Shown here: in pieces, positions 8,535 through 15,945 of the stretch
How the letters are laid out: each line of letters starts with the position of its first letter
How positions within the stretch are numbered: the first letter of the stretch is position 1
Assembly: GCA_044220955.1 (NCBI GenBank)
Contig: JBGAQA010000108.1
Coordinates: 1-21,246, forward strand
DNA: 21,246 bases
Direction: 5' to 3'
DNA from: Sandaracinaceae bacterium
GTDB lineage: Bacteria; Myxococcota_A; Polyangia; Polyangiales; Sandaracinaceae
The notes under the pieces: generated by a model
What the model was told of the DNA's origin: nothing
Databases searched by the model: none
Seen by the model: the letters and a program-made list of their open reading frames with translations, nothing else
Position numbers and translations under genes: made by a program

Positions 8535-8541
8535 TGCCGCC

Positions 8542-10521
8542 ATGAGCGCAGCGTCCAGCATCACGATCGCCGGTCGCATCCTGTACGTCACGGAGGACCC
8601 GGCGGCGCTGGCCGCGCAGCTCGGCGGCGAGCGCCTCGCCTACGATCCTGCGCGGGCGCTCCGCGACAACATCTCCACCGACGAGATCACGCCCGCGTGG
8701 GCCTGCTACTACTACGACGAGAAGCTCGCGGAGTTCTGCCTCACGGGGCTGCGAGGGGGCACGGTCACCCGCGGCGCCGTCCTCGGCGGCGGGTTCGGCG
8801 TGATCGTGAGCGGCATCTCGAAGGGCTGCGGCTCGAGCCGCGAGACCGCCCCCTTCAGCGAGCTCGCCGCCGGTGTGCGGCTCGTCGTCGCGCGGAGCTT
8901 CGAGAAGATCTACCGGCAGAACGCGCAGAACATCGGCCTCTTCACCAGCACCGACTTCGGTCTGCTCCCCCGCATCGAGCGCGGGGAGGCCATTCTCCTG
9001 GACGAGCTCGTGAGCGGCCTCGATCCGATCAGCGAGCAGATCCTGCGGCACGGCGGCCTCTTCGCGTACAACCGCGCGCGGCTGGCCGGCAGGATCTCCC
9101 CGCCCGCGATCACGACGGGCGCGCGGCCGATGACGCTCGCCGAGAAGATCCTCGCCCGGCACGCCGTGACGGACGCCGCTTCGAGCGCGCTCGGGGTGCC
9201 GGCGGTCGCGCCAGGCGACGCCTTCTTCGCGCGGACCGACGTCCGCTTCTCGCACGAGTACGTCACGCCCATGGCCGAGGCGCTCTTCGTCGCGGCGCTC
9301 GGCCCGGACGCGAGGGTGACGCGACCCGAGCGGGTCTACGCGTTCCGCGATCACCTCACGTTCGTCGAGTCCATCCTGCCCAAGGAACAGCGCGCGATGG
9401 GCCTCGACAAGCAGGCCGCCTCGCTCGCCACCGTGCAAGAAGCGTGGGTCGGCAAGCACGGCGCGCACTACTACGGCGAGGTCACGCGCGACGGAAAGAA
9501 GGTCGGCAGCGAGGCCATCTGCCACAACAAGATCCTCGAGGAGATCGCGCTGCCGGGCGAGCTGGTCCTCGGGACCGACTCGCACACGTGCATGGCGGGA
9601 GCGCTCGGCTGCTACGCGTTCGGAGTCGGATCGACCGACATGGCCAACGCCTGGCTCACCGAGGACGTGCGCGTCACCGTCCCCGAGAGCGCGCGCGTCA
9701 CGCTCGAGGGTCGTCTCGGCCCGGCGGTGTCGGCCAAGGACGTCATGCTGCACCTGCTCAGCCAGCCCTTCTTCCGTACGGGCGCGGGGATCGGGAAGGT
9801 GCTCGAGTTCACGGGCAGCGGGCTCGAATCGCTCCCCATGGACGAGCGGAGCACGCTCACCAACATGGCCGTCGAGGCCGGCGGCGTGACGGGCATCATG
9901 GCCGCCGACGAGGTCGTCGTGCGCTACCTGTGCGAGGGGCGTGGCCTCGATCCCGACGCGGTGCGCGCACGGATCGTGCGGGCCGATCCCGACGCGCGCT
10001 ACGTCACCGAGCTGCGCGTCGATCTCGGGGCCATCGTGCCGATGGTCGCGACGCCCGGGGATCCTCGAAATGGCGTGGCGCTCCACGCGCTGCTCGCCGA
10101 TCGGGGCAGCGTCCCGATCGACATCGCGTACGGCGGCTCGTGCACCGGCGGCAAGATGGCCGACATGGACATGTACGCGAGCGTGCTCGCGGACGCGCTC
10201 GCGCGCGGCGAGCGCGTCCATCCGCGGGTGCAGTTCTTCATCCAGTTCGGCTCCCAGGTGATCCGGCGCTACGCGGAGTCGAAGGGCTACGTCGCGCTCT
10301 TCGAGCGCGCGGGGGCGCAGCTCATCGATCCGTCTTGCGGCGCATGCATCAAGGCGGGGCCGGGCGTCAGCGAGCGAGCCGATCAGGTCACGGTGAGCGC
10401 GATCAACCGCAACTTCCCGGGGCGCAGCGGGCCCGGGCAGGTGTACCTCGCCAGTCCGCTCGTCGTCGCCGCGAGCGCGCTGACGGGGCGCCTCAGCGCG
10501 CCTCCCGTGCCGTCCTCGTGA
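8542..10521 (+). CDS. Aconitase family hydro-lyase: fused small (LeuD-like, N-terminal) + large (LeuC-like) isopropylmalate isomerase/homoaconitase-type protein
   Basis: N-terminal swivel motifs DNISTDEITP, GCGSSRETAP, VVARSFEKIYRQNAQNIGL; then MTLAEKILARH, FRDH, ICH, GTDSHTCMAGALG, GGSCTGGK, CGACI (three [4Fe-4S] Cys), NRNFPGRSG, YLASP; 659 aa. Confidence 0.93.
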   Translation: MSAASSITIAGRILYVTEDPAALAAQLGGERLAYDPARALRDNISTDEITPAWACYYYDEKLAEFCLTGLRGGTVTRGAVLGGGFGVIVSGISKGCGSSRETAPFSELAAGVRLVVARSFEKIYRQNAQNIGLFTSTDFGLLPRIERGEAILLDELVSGLDPISEQILRHGGLFAYNRARLAGRISPPAITTGARPMTLAEKILARHAVTDAASSALGVPAVAPGDAFFARTDVRFSHEYVTPMAEALFVAALGPDARVTRPERVYAFRDHLTFVESILPKEQRAMGLDKQAASLATVQEAWVGKHGAHYYGEVTRDGKKVGSEAICHNKILEEIALPGELVLGTDSHTCMAGALGCYAFGVGSTDMANAWLTEDVRVTVPESARVTLEGRLGPAVSAKDVMLHLLSQPFFRTGAGIGKVLEFTGSGLESLPMDERSTLTNMAVEAGGVTGIMAADEVVVRYLCEGRGLDPDAVRARIVRADPDARYVTELRVDLGAIVPMVATPGDPRNGVALHALLADRGSVPIDIAYGGSCTGGKMADMDMYASVLADALARGERVHPRVQFFIQFGSQVIRRYAESKGYVALFERAGAQLIDPSCGACIKAGPGVSERADQVTVSAINRNFPGRSGPGQVYLASPLVVAASALTGRLSAPPVPSS

Positions 10522-10606
10522 ACGCACCGGGATCCGGACGCTGACCGCGCCATCCCACCGGTGTGCGGACCGAGAGACCCCGTGGGGTCATCGCGTCCGG
10601 CAGCGC

Positions 10607-11851
10607 TCACGCGCCGTCGGGGTCGATCGCGAGCGAGCGCTCGAGCAGCGCCTTCGCGCCCGCGCGGTCGCCGGCCAGGTGCGCGGCGTGCGCGCGCCGG
10701 GCGAGCAGGGCGCCGAGGGCCTCGCGGGCGCCGCGCTCGCTCGCTCGCGCGGCCTCCTGCCAAGCGCGCTCCGCGAGCGCGGGGTGCTCGGCGCGCTCGA
10801 GCGTGGACGCGAGGATGGCGAAGCCACGCGGGGGCGCGACGCCGGCGCCGATCCAGCGCTCGGCGCACGCGGCCGCCGCGGCGCGCGACGCGGGCGCGGC
10901 GAGGCCCGAGAGCACGGCGGGCCAGCCGGCGGGCGAGGGCGGGTGCGCGGCGAGCGCAGAGAGAAGGAGCGGCGCCGAGCTGCTCGCCGCGACGACCGCT
11001 GCGAGCGCGCGAAGTGCGAGCGTCGCCGCGCGATCGGGCCCGTCCGCGGGCGCGCGGCCGAGGAGCGCTTCACGCGCGAGAGTCTCGTCGACCGCGCTCG
11101 GGGCCGTGCCAGCGAGCCCGCGGACGAGCGCGGCATCGGCGCCCGTCGCCGTCGCGATCGCGACGAGCCGATCCCGCTCGATCGCCGAGAGCCGGGCGCC
11201 GCGCAGGTCGGCGTGCGCGACCGCGATCCGGAGCGCGGCGGCGCGGGTCGACGGTGCGTGTGCGAGGTCGGCGAGCCGATCGAGCACGCGTACGCGCCCG
11301 TAGAGCCGCGGGGATCCGAGCGCGGCCGGGGCGAGCCGGAGGGCTTCGCCGGGATCGGTGCTCACCGCCAGCGCCGCCTCCGCGGCCTCCGCGCGCTCGG
11401 GCGGAGCGTGCCCGAGCGCGGCCCGCGCCGCGCGCTCGGCGACAGGTCCGGGGAGCGCGGCTGCCTCCGCGAGCGCCGCCGCCGCCTCGTCCGCGCGGGT
11501 GGCGAGCGCGCCGAGCGCGAAGAGGGCATCCGCGGAGCGGTGCCGCTCCACCTCTGCGCGCGCGAGCCGGAGCGCGCGCTCGCGCTGTCCGTCCGCGTCG
11601 AGCCGCGCGACGAGCGACACCATCCGCCGCTCGCTCGTCTCGCCCTGCGTCCTCTCCCAGCGCGCCGCGAGCCGCTCGAAGCCACCGGCGTCGGCCGCAC
11701 GCAGCGCGAGGCCCAGCCCCGCGAGGATCAGCGTCCGCCGGTCCGCGTCGTCGGCGCTCTCGATCGCCGCCGTGATCACCGCGAGCGCCGCCCCGGGCCC
11801 GAGCGCGCCCTCGGCGCGTCGAGCGGTCGCGATGACGAGGGCGGCCAGCAT
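10607..11851 (-). CDS. Hypothetical Ala/Leu/Arg-rich helical (TPR/HEAT-like) protein
   Basis: Start at MLAALVIAT (or GTG 11854), just after the upstream stop at 11866. It has amphipathic helical segments and ends in TPR-like AHLAGDRAGAKALLERSLAIDP. Confidence 0.75.
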   Translation of the reverse strand: MLAALVIATARRAEGALGPGAALAVITAAIESADDADRRTLILAGLGLALRAADAGGFERLAARWERTQGETSERRMVSLVARLDADGQRERALRLARAEVERHRSADALFALGALATRADEAAAALAEAAALPGPVAERAARAALGHAPPERAEAAEAALAVSTDPGEALRLAPAALGSPRLYGRVRVLDRLADLAHAPSTRAAALRIAVAHADLRGARLSAIERDRLVAIATATGADAALVRGLAGTAPSAVDETLAREALLGRAPADGPDRAATLALRALAAVVAASSSAPLLLSALAAHPPSPAGWPAVLSGLAAPASRAAAAACAERWIGAGVAPPRGFAILASTLERAEHPALAERAWQEAARASERGAREALGALLARRAHAAHLAGDRAGAKALLERSLAIDPDGA

Positions 11852-11865
11852 CACGTCCCAGTCTC

Positions 11866-13260
11866 TCAGATCGGGGGGACGTGCGGCGTCTCCACGATCC
11901 CCAGCTCCTGGCGCACGTACGCGGCGAGCTGCGCGTCGAGGTTCGAGAGCATGCCCGAGTAGATCGACACCCACGGGTACGACGTCTCGGTCCAGCCGTC
12001 GTGCTGCGTGCGAGTGACGGTGATCGTCGTGCCGTAGCTCTCCGGGAGCTCGAGGTGGACGCGGCGCACCACGCTGCGCGCGCTCGCGCTCGCCGTGCGC
12101 GTGACGGAGAGCGCTCCACACGTGGGGTCGAGCACGCGCCCGCTCGCGGTCCCCGCGCGGGCGTCGATGGTCGCGCGCACGGCCACCATGACCCAGTCCT
12201 CGTCCGGCTGCTGGATCCAGCGATCGGGATCGAGCGAGAGCGCGCCCGTCGCCGGGTCGAGCGTGCCCGAGAGCAGGAACCCGCCGTCGGGCAGCGGCGC
12301 GCCGCCCGGGTACGTGGAGAAGTCGAAGCGCGCACGCACGCGTCCGGCCTCGGCCGGCTCGATCTCGAGCGCGAGCGCCGTCAGCCCCTGCGCGCACGTG
12401 TAGCTGCCGGTCCACGTCTCACCGAGCGAGGCGGGCAGCGGCGCGCGCACGGAGATCGTGGCGTCCAGCGCGAGCCCCGGGAAGTCCGTCCCGTCCTCGA
12501 CGGAGAATGGAAGGACCGACGCGTTGACCTGCGCGTCGATCGTCACGACGAGCGTGCTCTCGGTCCCGTCGCCGAGCGCGCCGCCGCTCACGGTCTCCAG
12601 GGCGCCGTCGAGGGAGGTCCGCAGCCACTCGGTCTGGTGGAAGAGCCCCGCGTCGAGCTCGAGCGACCCGTGCGCCGTCTCGGTGGAGCCCCCGAGCGGC
12701 GCGTCGAGGCCCGACGCCTCCGTGATCGTCAGCGTCGGGACGACGAGCGGACCGTGCACGCAGGGCTCGCGCGCAGCGCGACGCAGACCGAGCGCGACCG
12801 TCTCGACGAGGTCGGAGCGCGCACCCGACGCGGTCGCGGCACTGACGTAGGCATCCACGGCGGCGCTGGCCCGCGTCCGGAGCGCGGCCGTCGCGGCGTC
12901 GACCTCGGCGAGCTCCGGGTGCTCGCGCGCGGCGCCGCAGACACGAAGGGCCTCGCCGCTCGCGAGCGCTTCGCGGGCCTCGGCGAGGGTGACGCGCGCA
13001 TCGGCGTCCGCCGCGTGCGCCCGCGCCTCCGGCGTCACCGAGAGCACCCACGCGCCGATGCCACCGCCCTCCGCCGTCTCGTACACCCAGTCGAGGTACG
13101 ACCCGAGCGAGGCGGCGTCCCCTGCTGCGTTCGCCGCGGCCCAGCGCGTCCGCTCCTCCGACCAGACGTTGCCGCCCCGGTAGATCGCGTAGCCCGCGGC
13201 CGCGATCACCAGCACGAGCACCGCCGCGACCGCGAGCCCGATCTTCGCCCCCGAAGACAT
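11866..13260 (-). CDS. Hypothetical membrane-anchored exported protein
   Basis: N-terminal TM KIGLAVAAVLVLVIAAAGYAIY, then a helical part and beta-rich domains including WTGSYTCAQGLT...RWIQQP...CG; 464 aa. Confidence 0.82.
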   Translation of the reverse strand: MSSGAKIGLAVAAVLVLVIAAAGYAIYRGGNVWSEERTRWAAANAAGDAASLGSYLDWVYETAEGGGIGAWVLSVTPEARAHAADADARVTLAEAREALASGEALRVCGAAREHPELAEVDAATAALRTRASAAVDAYVSAATASGARSDLVETVALGLRRAAREPCVHGPLVVPTLTITEASGLDAPLGGSTETAHGSLELDAGLFHQTEWLRTSLDGALETVSGGALGDGTESTLVVTIDAQVNASVLPFSVEDGTDFPGLALDATISVRAPLPASLGETWTGSYTCAQGLTALALEIEPAEAGRVRARFDFSTYPGGAPLPDGGFLLSGTLDPATGALSLDPDRWIQQPDEDWVMVAVRATIDARAGTASGRVLDPTCGALSVTRTASASARSVVRRVHLELPESYGTTITVTRTQHDGWTETSYPWVSIYSGMLSNLDAQLAAYVRQELGIVETPHVPPI

Positions 13261-13336
13261 GCGCAGCCGTACGGTGTCGCGGTGAGACGCGCAAGCGGCC
13301 GCTCGGGCAGCGCGACGGCAGAGTACCATCGCCGCC

Positions 13337-13771
13337 GTGGATCCCGATCAGCGCCAGGCCGCGGACCGCCAGATCGTGGCCGTCCTCGTCTCGCTCGGGC
13401 TCGCGTTCACGCTGCACATCGCGGGCGTCGGCTCGACGCTCCTGAACCTCGCGCGCGAGGCGATGGATCCCACCGGCATCTTCACGCTCGCGAGCGGCGG
13501 CGGCGCTGCGCTGACCGACGCCGAGATGGGCGAGCGCCTCGGCCGCGCCACGGGGTTTCTCCTGAGCGGGATCTACTCGGTGCTCGGGCTCGTCTGGATC
13601 CCGATCACGGCGGTGGGCGTCCACCGTCGCCGGCCCTGGGCGCGCACGAGCGCGCTCCTCTACTTCGCGACGACGATCCCGACGTGCTGCTGCACGCCCA
13701 TCGGCGGGTACGGCCTGTACGCGCTGATGCGCGCCGACGTGAAGGCGCTCTTCGGCGAAGCGCGCACCTGA
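13337..13771 (+). CDS. Small integral membrane protein
   Basis: Three to four hydrophobic segments; C-terminal IPTCCCTPIGGYGLYALMRADVKALF; TACCAT 7 nt before the GTG. Confidence 0.82.
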   Translation: MDPDQRQAADRQIVAVLVSLGLAFTLHIAGVGSTLLNLAREAMDPTGIFTLASGGGAALTDAEMGERLGRATGFLLSGIYSVLGLVWIPITAVGVHRRRPWARTSALLYFATTIPTCCCTPIGGYGLYALMRADVKALFGEART

Positions 13772-13798
13772 GCCCCGCGCGCGGTTCGTGCGGAGCGA

Positions 13799-14635
13799 TC
13801 ACCAGCAAGTCCCCTCGGTGCCGATCAGGCTCGAGAACGAGCAAGCATCCCAGCACTGATCGTCGCACGTCCCGCACCCGCTCCCGGCGCAGGCGAGGAC
13901 GACGACGTCGGAGCCACCGGCGCAGAAGCAGCGGCAGCTCTCGCAGCCGTGCCCCGACCGACATACGCCGGCGGCGCACCACTCGCTCGCACCGCATACG
14001 GTCGCGCACGCGCCGCAGTGTCCTTCGTCGGCCAGGAGATCGACACAGTCACCGCCGCACGTCGTCCACTCCGTGGGCCCCGCGTCGGGAGGCGGCGCCC
14101 ACGCGTCGGGCAGTCCCATGTCGGGCGGCCCGAGCATGCAGCCGGGCTGCGTCGTGCAGCTCGCCGCCGGGAGCAGATCGCAGCGGGACGCGACGCCCGA
14201 GCACGACTCCGCCGTCGACCATGCGCATCCCGTCTGCGTGCCGCACGCGGCCTCGTCCGGGAGGCTCCCGCACGAGGCGGCCGCGCCTCCGCAGAGCCCG
14301 CGCTCGAACGTGCACCCGACGACGGAGAGACAGTGAGCCATGTCGGCCTGGTTGTGACAGTCGAGCGGAACGCCTGCGCACTGCGCGTAGCTGCACCCCA
14401 TCACCGTCGTGCAGTCGCTCGCGGTCAGGGTGGCGCAGGGCCTCGCGGTGCCGAGGCAGCCCGGAGGGAGAGTGGCCGCGTCGGTGGGCCTCGACGCGTC
14501 GTGCGGCACGCACGCGCCGCTGCTCGCGTCGGCGCCGCCGTCCGGCGCCGCGCCCTGCGGGTCTGCGCATCCGACGAGCACCAGCGTGCAGACGAGTGCC
14601 ATGGGCCAGCCCGCCGGGACGAGACGATGCGACAT
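13799..14635 (-). CDS. Cysteine-rich repeat lipoprotein with MXAN_6577/Stig1-like Cys motif
   Basis: SD GAGGAGG before ATG 14635; signal peptide with lipobox LVG-C; four C-x-G-x4-C-x7/8-C-x4-GC repeats; PDMG/PDAG linkers; CGGDCVDLLADEGHCGACATVC....WC..GVC; 278 aa. Confidence 0.85.
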   Translation of the reverse strand: MSHRLVPAGWPMALVCTLVLVGCADPQGAAPDGGADASSGACVPHDASRPTDAATLPPGCLGTARPCATLTASDCTTVMGCSYAQCAGVPLDCHNQADMAHCLSVVGCTFERGLCGGAAASCGSLPDEAACGTQTGCAWSTAESCSGVASRCDLLPAASCTTQPGCMLGPPDMGLPDAWAPPPDAGPTEWTTCGGDCVDLLADEGHCGACATVCGASEWCAAGVCRSGHGCESCRCFCAGGSDVVVLACAGSGCGTCDDQCWDACSFSSLIGTEGTCW

Positions 14636-14659
14636 GTACTGCCCTCCTCGGCGCGACGA

Positions 14660-14675
14660 AGCAGCAAGCGTGCCG
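14660..14675 (-). promoter_or_regulatory. sigma54 (-24/-12) promoter for the Cys-rich lipoprotein
   Basis: Minus strand CGGCACG-CTTG-CTGCT versus consensus TGGCACG-N4-TTGCW; GG-N10-GC exact; intergenic and just upstream of the SD. Confidence 0.65.
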
Positions 14676-14713
14676 TGACGGAGTGCCGGATCTACGTCGT
14701 CCGCCTCGGTCGC

Positions 14714-14733
14714 GCGTGCAAGACGGTGCACGC
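14714..14733. promoter_or_regulatory. Perfect dyad GCGTGCA-N6-TGCACGC, candidate activator/repressor site
   Basis: Directly visible inverted repeat in the divergent intergenic region, upstream of the sigma54-like box. Confidence 0.35.
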
Positions 14734-14852
14734 CTGTGCGGCCGCCTGCGCGATGGGAGGCTCGGCGAGCGCCGTCCATGCGGGTCGGCATGCCGGGAGC
14801 GTATCGACCGCAGCGCGCCGGCGCCATCGCCGTCCTGCTATCGTCTGCTCGC

Positions 14853-15608
14853 ATGATCACGCTGCCGCTCGAGGTCGAAGACAGGGGCACCGTCCGCATC
14901 CTCTCGCTCAAGCGACCGGAGAAGAAGAACGCGTTCGATCTCGCGCTCACCGAGACGCTCTGGAGCGCGCTCGAGCACGCCAGCGAGGATCCGAGCGTGC
15001 ACGTCGTCGTCGTCACCGGCTTCGGCGACTACTTCTCCGCGGGCGCCGACGTGAACCTCTTCCTGGGCGGCGTCGAGGGCGACATCAGCAAGGTCGCGCG
15101 CCTCTACGAGCCCCTCAAGGCCTGCAAGAAGACCACGATCGCCGCGGTGAACGGCCCGGCGATCGGCATGGGCGTCACGATGCTCCCGAGCTTCGACATG
15201 GTGTACGCCGCCGACCACGCGAGCTTCGTCGTGCCCTTCATGCGCCTCGCGCTCGGGGTCGAGTACGGTGGCAGCCACCACCTCACGCGCTTGCTCGGCC
15301 ACCAGCGCGCGCGCGAGCTCATCCTGCGCGGCAAGCCGATCGACGCGAAGACCGCCTGCGAGTGGGGCCTGGTCACGCGCGCGTTCCCGCGCGCGAGCCT
15401 GATGGACGAGGTGCTGGCGATCGCGACGGACGTCGCCGCCCAGCCCCAGGGGGCCGTGCTCGCGTGCCGTCGCGTCCTCGACAAGGGGCTCGAGTCGACC
15501 TTCGAGCAGTCGATCACGCTGGAGAACGACGTGCTCGCCACGCGCTACGGCAGCGAGGAGAACGTCGCGGCGGTCATGGCCTTCCTCGCATCGCGCAAGA
15601 AGGGCTGA
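14853..15608 (+). CDS. Enoyl-CoA hydratase/isomerase (crotonase) family protein, delta3-delta2 isomerase-like
   Basis: L.RPEKKNAF, FSAGADV, AAVNGPAIGMG, PFMRLALGVEYGGS, IDAKTACEWGLV. Only one of the two hydratase Glu positions is apparent. TGcTATCGT lies 8 nt before the ATG; 251 aa. Confidence 0.92.
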   Translation: MITLPLEVEDRGTVRILSLKRPEKKNAFDLALTETLWSALEHASEDPSVHVVVVTGFGDYFSAGADVNLFLGGVEGDISKVARLYEPLKACKKTTIAAVNGPAIGMGVTMLPSFDMVYAADHASFVVPFMRLALGVEYGGSHHLTRLLGHQRARELILRGKPIDAKTACEWGLVTRAFPRASLMDEVLAIATDVAAQPQGAVLACRRVLDKGLESTFEQSITLENDVLATRYGSEENVAAVMAFLASRKKG

Positions 15609-15618
15609 CGCGAGGGCC

Positions 15619-15945
15619 ATGGGGGAGCTGATCCGAGACGGGGGGCTCGGGACGCTGCCGGTGCTCGTGCTTGGCCTCGCCGCCATCGGCACGGCGCTCG
15701 CGCTCGCGCTGCGTCCACGGCGCACGATCCTGGTGCTCGCCGTGGGGAGCGCCCTCGGCACCCTGCTCTCCGGTGTGCTCGGCACGCTGCAGGGCCTGCG
15801 CTCGGCGCATGCCGACGGCATCCTCGACGCCGAGCTGGGCCACTGTCTCATCCCGACGGCCCTCGCCCTCGGCGTGCTGGGCCTCGCGCTGCCTCTCGCG
15901 ACGATCGGCGCCTACCGGCTCGCGCTCGCGGAGAAGCGAGCGTGA
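15619..15945 (+). CDS. Small three-TM membrane protein, weakly MotA/TolQ/ExbB-like
   Basis: GAGGG SD; DGGLGTLPVLVLG N-terminus and LLSGVLGTLQGL helix; stop overlaps the kinase start (GTGA). Confidence 0.7.
   Translation: MGELIRDGGLGTLPVLVLGLAAIGTALALALRPRRTILVLAVGSALGTLLSGVLGTLQGLRSAHADGILDAELGHCLIPTALALGVLGLALPLATIGAYRLALAEKRA

Noticed and set aside
924..10527. Long overlapping ORFs (924-2747 +, 2665-4515 +, 4883-7897 +, 8359-10527 -, 8697-10544 +)
   Set aside because: Arg/Ala/Gly-rich shadow frames of motif-supported genes, as expected in very GC-rich DNA with few stops.
10522..10606. Structured ncRNA or terminator between convergent genes (CCGGACGC...GCGTCCGG, GACCCC-GT-GGGGTC)
   Set aside because: Short stems are expected by chance at this GC content. 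There is no U-tract or recognisable RNA family motif.
11881..14856. 991-aa + strand ORF
   Set aside because: Low-complexity Arg-rich shadow spanning three better-supported genes.
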